64,000 nt of DNA from Spirochaetota bacterium (GCA_050298055.1 JBNKTL010000006.1:34851-98850); one strand, 5' to 3'. Shown: positions 20,577-30,095, numbered from the stretch's first letter. The notes: generated from the letters alone by a model not told the origin. Numbers and translations: made by a program.

Positions 20577-20715
20577 TAACTACTTAGTTGTATGACAAAA
20601 ATATACTTATTTTATAAAATGCCAACAATGTGTCCCCGCCGCCGAAGGCGGCGGGGACACATCAGTTATCTTTTATTCATTAACAGGTCTATTATTATTC
20701 ATAGCTGTATTGTAA
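20577..20715 (+). mobile_element. Family A ~137-bp MITE-like palindromic element, copy 1
   Basis: TAACTACTTAGTTG...AAAATGCCAACA-ATGTGTCCCCGCCGCC GAA GGCGGCGGGGACACAT-CAGTTATC; perfect 16-bp stem at 20628-20662. Confidence 0.8.
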
Positions 20716-20831
20716 CGTAAATCTCTATTATGAATTTCGGATATATATACCGGATTTATTAACCGGAAAAGGGAAAACCCGTTTTTAATGGCAGAATTCT
20801 CGTTTTTGGAACATAATATGTCAAGGCATTT

Positions 20832-21788
20832 TCATATCTTCCAGAGCCCCACCTTGAGATAAGGGGTCCCCGGATGGATGAAATCGGATGATTCATTCAT
20901 AACCAGAAGGTTCTTCCAGCGGGGCGGGTGGTAGCTGATATACTCATCCCTGCTTACCGAGTAGGAGTTAACGGAAGTGAGAATATATCCGTCATCGGAA
21001 ATATTTTCCATGATTTTCAGTGCCCCGGGATAGTCTTTTTTAACAGAGAAATTTCTCTTTTTATTTCGGGAAAAAGTCGGCGGATCAAAAATAATGAAAT
21101 TGAAGCCGCGGTGTTTTCTCTCAAAGGTCCTGATCCATTTAAGGGCATCCCCGTAAATAAAGTCCCTCTGATCAACAGGGAGACCGTTCAGCTTATAGTT
21201 GTCTATGGACCTTCTCAAAACTCCCTTTGAAAGGTCAACATTCACAGAATGTTCCACCCCGTTTAAAAGTCCATGGACTGAAAAAATCGAGGTATAGCTG
21301 AAAAAATTTACCATGCTCTTGATTTTTGTATGGCTGTAAAACGGCTTCAGGCTCTCCCTTACCTCCCTCATATCAAGAAAGAGACCGGTATTTTGTCCAT
21401 GGATAAGGTCAACATAAGCATTGACACCGTTCTGCTTCACACAATAATCCCTTCCGGGGAGCTCTCCGGCAACCAGGCGGCTCTCCCTCATATGCTGTAT
21501 CCCGGAAAGAGACCTGCTTCTCAGCCTGTTTTTAACCAGGACCCCCCTGATGGGAACAGGAAAAAGGTCCGCTGCTGTTATTATTCCGTTGATGAGAGAG
21601 GTCTCCCCCGCCAGAAGATCTTCCACTGACCTGTTGAAGTACTGAACAAGAAGGAACTCGCCGTAGAGATCTACAGTCAATCCCTCTATCCCGTCACCTT
21701 CACTGTTAAACAGCCTGAAACAGTCGGTTTCATCATCCTCGAATAAATATTCCCTTTTGAAGAAGGAGCTCTTAAGCTTATCCGACAA
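20832..21788 (-). CDS. RlmI/RlmK-like class I SAM-dependent methyltransferase (no PUA domain; start uncertain)
   Basis: RLFNSEGDGIEGLTVDLYG, GQNTGLFLDMRE, NFFSYT, VDLS, IIFDPPTF; likely TTG start at 21788 just after the eda stop. Confidence 0.85.
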   Translation of the reverse strand: MSDKLKSSFFKREYLFEDDETDCFRLFNSEGDGIEGLTVDLYGEFLLVQYFNRSVEDLLAGETSLINGIITAADLFPVPIRGVLVKNRLRSRSLSGIQHMRESRLVAGELPGRDYCVKQNGVNAYVDLIHGQNTGLFLDMREVRESLKPFYSHTKIKSMVNFFSYTSIFSVHGLLNGVEHSVNVDLSKGVLRRSIDNYKLNGLPVDQRDFIYGDALKWIRTFERKHRGFNFIIFDPPTFSRNKKRNFSVKKDYPGALKIMENISDDGYILTSVNSYSVSRDEYISYHPPRWKNLLVMNESSDFIHPGTPYLKVGLWKI

Positions 21789-21798
21789 TTGGAATCTC

Positions 21799-22443
21799 TT
21801 ATTTTCCTTTTGATTGTAAACCGGAGAGGACCGATCGTATCCTCTTCTCAAGCTCATGGAACTCACCCTTTTGAATGAGGCTGCCGTCGGCAATATAACT
21901 CATACCGCAGGCAATGACGGAATCCAGTTCCATATACTCAAGATAATTTTTCTCATTCACACCGCCCGTGGGAATAATCTGGAACTTTTTCATTTTAAAG
22001 GGAGCGGTCATGCCCTTTATGTATGAAGGGCCGCCCAGGGATGAAGCGGGAAACACCTTTATGATATCGACCCTGTGAAGGGCATTGAAGAATTCCGTGG
22101 GAGTTGAAACACCGGGAACAAAAGGAAGGTTTAAATCTGCAGCAGCTTCAACCGACTGAAGGTCCAGTACGGGAGAGACACCAAAGAGAGCACCGCTGTC
22201 ACACGCCCTCTTTACATCTTCTTTCGAGAGAATACTGCCCGCTCCCACGCTTATATCGGGAAACTCCCGGGAAACCGCATCCAGGCATGAAAAGGCAGAC
22301 TCTGTGCGCAGGGTAATTTCAAGGATTGTTAATGAGCTCTTTAAAAGAATCTCCGCGAATCTGAGGGAATCATCAACTGTGGGGAAAGCAGCAACAGGTA
22401 CAATCCCTGAATTTCTCAGTTTCTGTTTAAAATCAAAATCCAT
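21799..22443 (-). CDS. eda: KDPG/KHG aldolase
   Basis: LEITLRT, VGAGSIL, F.VSP, PGVSTPTE, IKVFPA, PTGGV. Confidence 0.93.
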   Translation of the reverse strand: MDFDFKQKLRNSGIVPVAAFPTVDDSLRFAEILLKSSLTILEITLRTESAFSCLDAVSREFPDISVGAGSILSKEDVKRACDSGALFGVSPVLDLQSVEAAADLNLPFVPGVSTPTEFFNALHRVDIIKVFPASSLGGPSYIKGMTAPFKMKKFQIIPTGGVNEKNYLEYMELDSVIACGMSYIADGSLIQKGEFHELEKRIRSVLSGLQSKGK

Positions 22444-22475
22444 CCGGATACCCTGCCCTGAGTACTACACGGCAC

Positions 22476-22601
22476 TCACAATCTTTTCAAGAGAAATTCA
22501 ATCTCCTCTTTCTTCTGGGGATCGGGATTCCGGTTTATTGTCTGTTTCAGGCTCTCCCTGAGCTTTAACAAATCTTCCAGCTTTTTATCTCTCTCTGCCA
22601 T
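22476..22601 (-). CDS. Possible 41-aa helical micro-protein
   Basis: Hand translation MAERDKKLEDLLKLRESLKQTINRNPDPQKKEEIEFLLKRL*, directly upstream of and co-oriented with eda. Confidence 0.35.
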   Translation of the reverse strand: MAERDKKLEDLLKLRESLKQTINRNPDPQKKEEIEFLLKRL

Positions 22602-22808
22602 TAATAACCCGCAATCCTTTGAAAAGATTCTCTGTGAAGTGATATTGACCAAAAAAAAAATTCACTCAGTTGTCAAATATAATTACAGACTATCAGACAT
22701 AATTTCAAAAAAAAATTTCATCTTAAGCCAAAAAGTGGGAGAGTGATATACTGAATGTTAATAATGTGGATATGTGGATAATTTTTTTGGCAGCTGCCGT
22801 GAGACCGA

Positions 22809-23072
22809 TCACTGCTTACCGGGAAGCTGAGGATTGAGTTTCTTTTCTTTTTTAAGCCTTTTCTTTTCCCTGCGGATTTTAGCGGCCCTTCTCATTCCGG
22901 AATACATGACACCCAGGGCAAAGCTGATGACAAAGTTCACATAGATGAGGACAATGAGTGAGATATTTATCTCCCAGAATATCAGCTTGACCTTTACCTC
23001 CTGGATATTCTGGGTTGAAATGATGATCAGAAGTCCTATGAATACCACAAGCAGGATGTTTTTTATCTTCAT
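22809..23072 (-). CDS. LapA (DUF1049) family membrane protein
   Basis: IISTQNIQEVKVKLIFW...SLIVL..F..G pattern; two TMs and a basic tail. Confidence 0.8.
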   Translation of the reverse strand: MKIKNILLVVFIGLLIIISTQNIQEVKVKLIFWEINISLIVLIYVNFVISFALGVMYSGMRRAAKIRREKKRLKKEKKLNPQLPGKQ

Positions 23073-23267
23073 GAATTTTCCCCGGTCAATTGTTCTTTAA
23101 TAATTATAACGACTCAGATCTGTGACTTAAAATAATGAATGAACAAGAAACATTAACACTATGAATATTCTTATACATAATTCCGCTCAATTTTTTCAAT
23201 AGAAAAATAATAAAAGAAATTTTTTTTCTTGAAGAATCTGCAGAGATTTCATATCTTTATGCTATCA

Positions 23268-23404
23268 TAACTACTCAGTTATATAGTTAAAATTAATCTA
23301 TTTACTGAAATGCCAACAATATGTCCCCGCCGCCTCTGGCGGCGGTGACATATCAGTTCAATGTTTTAATGTAAATGATTATTCTTATGCAGAACCAGGT
23401 GTTA
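23268..23404 (+). mobile_element. Family A MITE-like element, copy 2
   Basis: TAACTACTCAGTT...ATATGTCCCCGCCGCC TCT GGCGGCGGTGACATAT CAGTT...GTTA; ends 68 bp either side of the loop. Confidence 0.8.
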
Positions 23405-23436
23405 CAAACAGTCTTTAAAATGAAGGGAGGGATTTT

Positions 23437-23598
23437 ATGGCTATTGATAAGATTGGCAGTTCAAATGTATTAAAATCGGGAGTGGCCGAAAACCTGAAAA
23501 AACACGCTGAGAAGGTGCTCTCCGATGACAAGAACCAGAAACCCCTTGATAAGATCAGGGAAGAGAGCAAGGGGGGGAAGATAGATACGAAGGCGTAA
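23437..23598 (+). CDS. 53-aa small protein with C-terminal G.KID.KA motif (YjfB/motility-like small protein, tentative)
   Basis: GGGAGG RBS; MAIDKIGSSNVLKSGVAENLKKHAEKVLSDDKNQKPLDKIREESKGGKIDTKA*; below the ORF-track cutoff. Confidence 0.7.
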   Translation: MAIDKIGSSNVLKSGVAENLKKHAEKVLSDDKNQKPLDKIREESKGGKIDTKA

Positions 23599-23602
23599 AG
23601 AC

Positions 23603-23809
23603 AGTTCCGGGTTTCAAGTTCCGAGTTCCGAGTTCGCTGTTGGCGAAATGTCCTGTAATTTTTAAACTTTAAATTTTAACATGACCTTTGTTAGTATTTA
23701 TTGCTTCCGCATGCAGTTTTAATCCAAGTGCGTTGATAGTCTCTAAAACCATCCGCGTTTATCCGCGGTTAAACTCTTCCTCTTGCCTTGGAACCCGGAA
23801 CCCGGAACT
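23603..23809. repeat. Inverted arrays of 7-bp tandem repeats between convergent genes
   Basis: AGTTCCG-type units at 23603-23637 face CGGAACY-type units at 23789-23809. Confidence 0.65.
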
Positions 23810-23813
23810 TTCT

Positions 23814-24269
23814 TTATACATACCTGGCTTTGTCCTTCGTCTCAGCATAATATTTCTCAATACCCATTTCCCGGATTTTTTCATTGAGGGCAACCCATCT
23901 TTTTTGGAGGTTCTCATCAAAATGTGTTTTGTCACAGGGGAAATCATCACACTGAAAACAGAAGTCCACTTTTTTCTCCCGGTGACAGCTTCTCACCCCG
24001 CAATTTTTAAAAAGCCTGCAGTTTTCCTTTCTGCAGCCCCTGCAGTTTTCCGAGGCAAAATAATCGAGCATTATTTTAAAATCAGAGAATTTCTCAAATA
24101 CAGGTTCATCAAGGAGAGTTTCAAATCTTTTCGCGTAAAGATCAAAGTTACCAAGTTTCTCTTTGAGTTCCCGGCTCTGCTTTCTGATATCCCCATCAAC
24201 ATGGGCAAAACATTTTTCGCAATTAAGTCCGCAGGGACTTATCGCATCAAGGATCTTCTGGTCTGTCAT
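23814..24269 (-). CDS. DUF3795 Cys-rich protein
   Basis: SPCGLNCEKC...CRGCR...C.V.SC..EKKVDFCFQCDDFPC. Confidence 0.85.
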   Translation of the reverse strand: MTDQKILDAISPCGLNCEKCFAHVDGDIRKQSRELKEKLGNFDLYAKRFETLLDEPVFEKFSDFKIMLDYFASENCRGCRKENCRLFKNCGVRSCHREKKVDFCFQCDDFPCDKTHFDENLQKRWVALNEKIREMGIEKYYAETKDKARYV

Positions 24270-24315
24270 TTTTCCTCCCGGAGCGTAAAATGCTCGTTGA
24301 AATGATTATCCGACA

Positions 24316-25227
24316 TCATTGCTGAATTTGCATTGTCATCTGAACAAGGGCATCCCATAGACGTTTTCCCGATACTACATCGTTCATAGCCTTGTCGGTT
24401 TTTTTTAGACGCTTATCAAGTCGGAATAAAGCGCCGTTGAGCGCATTCCGGTCTGGATATTCGAGCACGAGATCGGCGATTGGTTCACCCGCGATCCTGG
24501 TCGGTTTTGCAAACAGCATTGTCAGAGTCCGCCAGATGAATCCCCAAAAGCCGGATGGCCATCGGTCAGCTAACTCAGGATCGGATTTGTCAATAACATA
24601 TGCAGGATCAAAGGCCACGCATGCTATTCTACCTGCATAGCGCCGGGCAGTTTCACCCGCGATCATTCTATTCATGACCTTTGTTCGATCGAAGGCAGCC
24701 ATAGGTTTTTGACATTTGATACTCTCCAGGTCTTCCCAGTCAATATCCTTCTTGAAAGGAGCAATGACGTGAAGCAGAAGTCCGTCTGACTTTTCCATGC
24801 GTTCTAACAGCAATTCCGTAAGCATGAAAGGACCAATTACGTTGGTAGCAAACATTACTTCATGTCCATTGGGGAGTACTGTTGGCCCATTTTGGAGAAA
24901 GGCCCCTACAGAGAGTATTAACCCATTTATTTCAGGGTATCGCTTTATAGCTTCAGATGCGGCAGATTGTACAGATGCCAGTTCAGAAAAGTCAATTACC
25001 AGATAATCCATGTCAGAATCCTGAATTGTTATACCTTCTTCATGCAGATCTTTACGAATACCATATATCTTGCTTTCTAATTTCTTACTATTGCGTCCGA
25101 GTAAGACGACTCGTGCACCTTTGCGTGCCAGAGCGATTGCAGCAGCCCTTCCGATGTTTCCGGTTGCTCCTGCAATAAGAATAGTCTGTTGTTTTATCAT
25201 TTCATTACTCCTTTGTCTTATTTCCAA
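24316..25227 (-). CDS. SDR-fold oxidoreductase-like protein (retinol-DH type) lacking the catalytic Tyr
   Basis: GATGNIG, FATNVIGPFMLTELLL, FDRTK in place of YxxxK. Confidence 0.8.
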   Translation of the reverse strand: MEIRQRSNEMIKQQTILIAGATGNIGRAAAIALARKGARVVLLGRNSKKLESKIYGIRKDLHEEGITIQDSDMDYLVIDFSELASVQSAASEAIKRYPEINGLILSVGAFLQNGPTVLPNGHEVMFATNVIGPFMLTELLLERMEKSDGLLLHVIAPFKKDIDWEDLESIKCQKPMAAFDRTKVMNRMIAGETARRYAGRIACVAFDPAYVIDKSDPELADRWPSGFWGFIWRTLTMLFAKPTRIAGEPIADLVLEYPDRNALNGALFRLDKRLKKTDKAMNDVVSGKRLWDALVQMTMQIQQ

Positions 25228-25449
25228 TGAATAGAATAGATAAATATCAATATTTTCTTAATATTTTCCCCAAGAAGTCAACAATAATTGAATAGTAATC
25301 ATAAAATGAACTGGCATTCCCGCATAACACTTAAAACCATCCGCGTTCATCTGCGGCCACTCTTTCTCTTTTTCCAAAAAAAGAATTGTTTTTTTCCCCG
25401 GACTGAGAGTAATATTCACAAACAATCAGAAAAACAATCTCAGGAGTTA

Positions 25450-26094
25450 ATGACTATGAAGAGAAAAGGTATTATACTAATACTTGTTATACTCACAGGT
25501 TTTTTGAGCACCGGGTGTTTCATGGGGAAACGGGTCATGAAGGAGAAAAAATACTCCGACGGCTCAAAGTATAAAGGGCAGATGAAAAGCGGCAAGATGG
25601 ACGGAAAGGGTGAATATGTATGGCCCGATGGCTCCCGGTATTTTGGCGAATGGAAAGACAACAACCGGCAGGGGAAGGGCCTCTACACCTGGCCCAACGG
25701 CATGAAATATGACGGCGACTGGATCAATGACAAGATGCTGGGGAAGGGAACAATCACCTATCCCAACGGCAATAAATATACCGGGGATGTTAAAAACGGG
25801 CTGAAAGAGGGAAAAGGCAGGCTTGAACTGGCTGATGGAAGCGTCTATACCGGTGATTTTAAGAATGATAAACAGAACGGGACCGGGACCATGGTCAGTA
25901 AAAACGGTGATAAATATACAGGTGAATGGAAGGACAACAAAAAGAACGGCAGGGGGACCCAGGTATGGGCCGACGGTTCAAAGTATGAAGGAGAGTGGAA
26001 AAATAACAACAGGCATGGCCAGGGGATAATGACCGGAAAGAAAGGGACCGTTGAGAAAGGCAAGTTCCTCAATGATGTGTTTGTGGGAAAATAG
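25450..26094 (+). CDS. MORN-repeat lipoprotein
   Basis: AGGAG RBS, lipobox STGC, about 8 repeats of Y.G.WK.....G.G...W..G. Confidence 0.92.
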   Translation: MTMKRKGIILILVILTGFLSTGCFMGKRVMKEKKYSDGSKYKGQMKSGKMDGKGEYVWPDGSRYFGEWKDNNRQGKGLYTWPNGMKYDGDWINDKMLGKGTITYPNGNKYTGDVKNGLKEGKGRLELADGSVYTGDFKNDKQNGTGTMVSKNGDKYTGEWKDNKKNGRGTQVWADGSKYEGEWKNNNRHGQGIMTGKKGTVEKGKFLNDVFVGK

Positions 26095-26096
26095 TA

Positions 26097-27104
26097 TCAG
26101 GAAAAGATTTCATCCAGTGTTTCCCGTATGGCAAGCCTCAAATCATCGGGAGAATGAGCATAGCCAAGTTCTTCGCCGGCTTTTCCGCTGTTGATATAGT
26201 GAAAGGAGTTTCCCAGCAGGGCCTGCTGGCTGTTCATGACAATCCCCGCGTATCCCATGAAGCGGGAAAGTCCCCGGGGGAGTGTGAAAAGGGGGATTTT
26301 CCCTTTCCGGGAAAATGAATATTCTTCTGATGCAATTCTTCTTACAAGCCGGGCAAAATCCTTCATTGTCATGTTTTCTCCCCCCAGGAGATACCTGTCC
26401 CGTGGCTTTCCCCGGAACAGTGCGGACACGATTCCCCGGGCGGCCTTCTCCGCGGAAGTATAGCTTGCCCCGCCGGAGAGAACAGGCATCCCTTTGAGAA
26501 TTTTTCTCATGAGGCCGGTATTGGTTGTGGACCTGTTTCCCCTCTTCTTTCCCACCAGGGATCCCGGCTCTGTGATCACCGGGTTGAGTGAAAGCTCCCC
26601 GGAGAGGTCCAGCACACGTCTAACCGCTTCTCTCTTTATATCAGCATAGACGGACAGACCTTTACGGTAATAATCAGTATCTTCTTTAATAATTTCTTCC
26701 GGCGAAGGTTCACCGGCGAGAAAACCGTGTGAGGCAACACTCCCCACAAAGACAAAGCGACGGATAACACCTCTTCTGTTGAGAATGCCAAGGATCCGGG
26801 TAAAATTTTCCGCCGTCTTTACATTACTTGTATACGCGCTTTCATAATCCTGGTGATAATCCACCGAACCTGCGAGAAAAAGGGCTTCACTTATCTCAGG
26901 ACCGGTTTCATCTGCCAGGGGGTTAATACAACCTTCCTGTGACAGGTCCCCTTCAATAAACCGGTCAATATACGCTGCAACATGCCCGGCTGCGGAAGCG
27001 TTTCTGGCAAATGCCGTTACGCGGTACCCCTCATTTTTAAGGATGGCGGATACCCGGGAACCGAGGAAACCTGATGCTCCGGCAATAAGAATATTTCTTT
27101 TCAT
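26097..27104 (-). CDS. NAD-dependent epimerase/dehydratase (extended SDR)
   Basis: GASGFLG, FVFVGSVAS, YADIK, RYLLGGEN. Confidence 0.85.
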   Translation of the reverse strand: MKRNILIAGASGFLGSRVSAILKNEGYRVTAFARNASAAGHVAAYIDRFIEGDLSQEGCINPLADETGPEISEALFLAGSVDYHQDYESAYTSNVKTAENFTRILGILNRRGVIRRFVFVGSVASHGFLAGEPSPEEIIKEDTDYYRKGLSVYADIKREAVRRVLDLSGELSLNPVITEPGSLVGKKRGNRSTTNTGLMRKILKGMPVLSGGASYTSAEKAARGIVSALFRGKPRDRYLLGGENMTMKDFARLVRRIASEEYSFSRKGKIPLFTLPRGLSRFMGYAGIVMNSQQALLGNSFHYINSGKAGEELGYAHSPDDLRLAIRETLDEIFS

Positions 27105-27130
27105 TATAATACAATTGATAAATAATTTAT

Positions 27131-28705
27131 CTATTGTGAGTATTTATCCCGGTACTTAGAAGGGGACACTCCAATAAGATTCTGAAAGACCCTGTAGAAG
27201 GTTGAAAGATTTTCAAAGCCCGTATGAAAGGCAATATCGATGACCTTTTTGTCCGAATGGACCAGGAGCTCCCTGGCCTCCATGATTCTCAGGTTGTTGA
27301 TATATTCGCTGATCTTAAAACCGGTATATTCTCTGAATAGTTTTCCCAGGTAGTCCGTGTTCATCTCGACATACTCGGCAAGACCCTCCCGTGATATATC
27401 TGAATTATAATTCTTCTCAAGGTAATTGAGAACTTTATCAAGTTTTTCCCTGGTTTCATCTGTAACAGAGGTCTTCATGCTCTTCTTCCTCCGGATATCC
27501 ATTAACTCCGTGTAAAGCCGGTTAAACCTCTTTCTCATGAGTACAGCTGTACCGATTATGACAACCAGGAAGCTGTAAATTGAAAGCCGGGGGAAATCGT
27601 AAATTCTCCTGTCCACCAGTATATCGTTAATAATGACAATCCATACCACGGGAAAAGCATAAAGAACATATTTGGCATCTTCATCATCCCTGTACTCTTT
27701 GACTGCAACGTAAATAAAATAACCCAGGGGGATTAACCAGGACGGCTCGACAACAGTATAGAAAACCCTGTTCCATAAGACATAATCTGCTTTTATAATA
27801 ACAGGGACAAGAGAAATCAGTGTGATAATGATATAGAGATAGTGGAAAAGAGTATGTCTTCTCCTGAAATAGAATGTAAAAAACTCCATCATAAATACCA
27901 GTATAATAAAGAGGTGAATATATTCTATTCGTTTAAGGAGGAGGAAATTGTCTGTGAGTAAATACTTTATCTGGGTCCTCAGGAACAGGTAAACAGCGGT
28001 ACTGGATGTAAGAAGTGAAAAGAAAAGGTACTCCTTATCTTCGGATTTTCTTACAAAGATAATTCCGAAATATAAAGCGACAACGAGATATATTATCACA
28101 AAGAAGGAATCGGAGAATTCCTTTACGAGAATATTTTCCTGAAGCTTGCTGAACCTTTCAATAACGAATGTACCGGTATAGGGACCTGCTTCATGGGGAA
28201 AGAGCCCGGCTATTCTTACGGCAAAGATGTTTTCAGAACCCGGTTTAATATATTTTGTGGGAATTTCATATATTCTCTTCCTGTCGTAAGATGACTTTCG
28301 GTCAGGGGGGAAAGATCCCGTCTTTCCAATAAGATGTCCGTTGAAATAGATTTCGTCGACATCAGAGATAATACCAAGGGATATCCCCGGGGAACTGTCA
28401 GGAAGTTCTTCGGGAAAACTCACATGTATCCTGTACCAGCAGATACCCTTCCATCCGGGATACTTTTTGTTCCAGCTGGAGGGGAGTGAGACCGTATCCC
28501 AGCCGTTATCGTCATAGTGAATTTTACTGTAGAGAGGATCATCACCTTTTTTAATCAGTACAACATCTTTACCTGAAAAATCAACGGCTTTATTGTAATT
28601 TTCAATATTTATAACAGGTCCGGAGAAGAGAGTTCCTGATGTCAGGAGAATAATCAGAGTGATTTTTACAAACAGGTAATACATACGGGAAAAGAGATAA
28701 TACAA
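27131..28705 (-). CDS. Membrane AraC-family regulator (carbohydrate-binding jelly-roll + 7TM + AraC HTH)
   Basis: W..VSLP..W, GICWYR, LG.I.D.DE.YFNG..IG.TG; seven TMs; YLGKLF..YTG..Y.N.LR...A.ELL..IDIAF.TGFENLSTFYR.F. Confidence 0.9.
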   Translation of the reverse strand: MYYLFSRMYYLFVKITLIILLTSGTLFSGPVINIENYNKAVDFSGKDVVLIKKGDDPLYSKIHYDDNGWDTVSLPSSWNKKYPGWKGICWYRIHVSFPEELPDSSPGISLGIISDVDEIYFNGHLIGKTGSFPPDRKSSYDRKRIYEIPTKYIKPGSENIFAVRIAGLFPHEAGPYTGTFVIERFSKLQENILVKEFSDSFFVIIYLVVALYFGIIFVRKSEDKEYLFFSLLTSSTAVYLFLRTQIKYLLTDNFLLLKRIEYIHLFIILVFMMEFFTFYFRRRHTLFHYLYIIITLISLVPVIIKADYVLWNRVFYTVVEPSWLIPLGYFIYVAVKEYRDDEDAKYVLYAFPVVWIVIINDILVDRRIYDFPRLSIYSFLVVIIGTAVLMRKRFNRLYTELMDIRRKKSMKTSVTDETREKLDKVLNYLEKNYNSDISREGLAEYVEMNTDYLGKLFREYTGFKISEYINNLRIMEARELLVHSDKKVIDIAFHTGFENLSTFYRVFQNLIGVSPSKYRDKYSQ

Positions 28706-28854
28706 ATAAAAAATTTGTCAAGGGAGAAATAGATAATGATGATGATTATTTTAAATAACACATCAACATTAAATCATTATACGGACCAATAATTATTGAC
28801 AATAAAACGCTTATCCTGTTAATTATTATTCTAAAAATAATTTGTGTTTTTTGA

Positions 28855-29235
28855 ATGATGAAAATCAACCTGTTAAATACGGAAAAATCTGTAAACGATG
28901 AAAATGATTACAATGAGCTTATTTATGTAATCAATTCATCAGATGTCCTTGATACGGGAAAAGATGAAGAGATGTATATCCTTCTGCAGACAATTGCAAA
29001 CGCAGGTGCAAAAAAAATAATCATTAATATGGAAAACATGGATTTTATTGACAGCAAGGGAATTGCGGTACTTATCAGCGCTGCCAAGGTGACGAGAAAA
29101 AATGAAGGTGATCTTGTCTTAATTGATGTCCCTGATCATATAAAATCAATCTTCAAGCCCATAAACCTTCAGCGCTTTATAAAAATATTTGATTCGGAAG
29201 AACAGGCCATAAAAGAACTTAAAATTATTATCTGA
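28855..29235 (+). CDS. STAS-domain anti-sigma factor antagonist
   Basis: IIINMENMDFIDSKGIAVLI...GDLVL. Confidence 0.88.
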   Translation: MMKINLLNTEKSVNDENDYNELIYVINSSDVLDTGKDEEMYILLQTIANAGAKKIIINMENMDFIDSKGIAVLISAAKVTRKNEGDLVLIDVPDHIKSIFKPINLQRFIKIFDSEEQAIKELKIII

Positions 29236-29251
29236 CTTATTGATCTGAAAT

Positions 29252-29641
29252 ATGGATATACAATTTGACATCATAAATATATCACCGGTCCATCACGCTG
29301 AAATAGACTATTCCCTGATCATATTTAATATCGAAATCCCCGGCGAACTGATCATTGATAACTCAAACGTTTACTGGATCTTCCTGAAGACGCTTATTGA
29401 AGGAGGTGCCCGGAAGATTCTCCTCAACATGGAAAAGGTTGAATATATTGACAGTTCCGGGATTGGGATGATTATCAACATCACCAAGCTTATCAGGAGT
29501 AACAGCGGAGACCTCATTCTTGCCTCTGTTTCCAAAGATACAATGAAAATACTGAACATTGTCAGCCTGCAGGAATTCATCAAGGTTTTCAAAAACGAAC
29601 CTGAAGCAGTTAACTATTTCAGATATATCAACAGGGCATAA
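29252..29641 (+). CDS. STAS-domain anti-sigma factor antagonist
   Basis: ILLNMEKVEYIDSSGIGMII...GDLIL. Confidence 0.9.
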   Translation: MDIQFDIINISPVHHAEIDYSLIIFNIEIPGELIIDNSNVYWIFLKTLIEGGARKILLNMEKVEYIDSSGIGMIINITKLIRSNSGDLILASVSKDTMKILNIVSLQEFIKVFKNEPEAVNYFRYINRA

Positions 29642-29682
29642 GGAAATACAGAGTCACATGAATCCCTCAGATGATACAAAGG

Positions 29683-29770
29683 AAGACCCCCTAACCCCCT
29701 AAGGGGGCACAAGAGTGTTTAGAAAAGAGTCTTACGCCCCCTCAGGGGTGAACTGGGGGATGGGGCTTAA
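29683..29770 (+). repeat. Family B poly-C/poly-G cruciform repeat, copy 3
   Basis: AAGACCCCCTAACCCCCTAAGGGGGCACAAGA..TCTTACGCCCCCTCAGGGG..GGGGGATGGGGCTTAAA. Confidence 0.8.
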
Positions 29771-29786
29771 ACAAGGAGGACAGGGA

Positions 29787-30095
29787 ATGATAGTAACCAC
29801 TGTTGCGGTTTATGTGAAGGAGAGCTATCGGGACGACTTTATCACTGCCACACTTGATAACCATAAAAATTCACTCAAAGAGCCGGGAAACCTCAGGTTT
29901 GATGTTCTCCAGAACATTGAGGACCCGAACCGTTTCACCCTCTATGAGGCATATGAATCTGAAGAAGCGGCGGCAGCTCACAAGGAGACCGGGCACTACC
30001 TCAGGTGGAGAGAGACCGTTGCAGACTGGATGGAAAAACCAAGGGAGGGGACTCCCCACAGGGTCCTGGCACCGGACATCTCAAAATGGAGATAA
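29787..30095 (+). CDS. ABM/LsrG-family protein
   Basis: EPGNLRFDVLQ..DP.RFTLYEAY...AAAAHKET.HY..WRETV..WM. Confidence 0.88.
   Translation: MIVTTVAVYVKESYRDDFITATLDNHKNSLKEPGNLRFDVLQNIEDPNRFTLYEAYESEEAAAAHKETGHYLRWRETVADWMEKPREGTPHRVLAPDISKWR

Noticed and set aside
22740..22800. Replication origin
   Set aside because: Only two overlapping DnaA-box matches, and no dnaA, dnaN, gidA or parAB context
25450..26094. Internal DNA periodicity as a novel repeat array
   Set aside because: Fully explained by 23-aa MORN protein repeats
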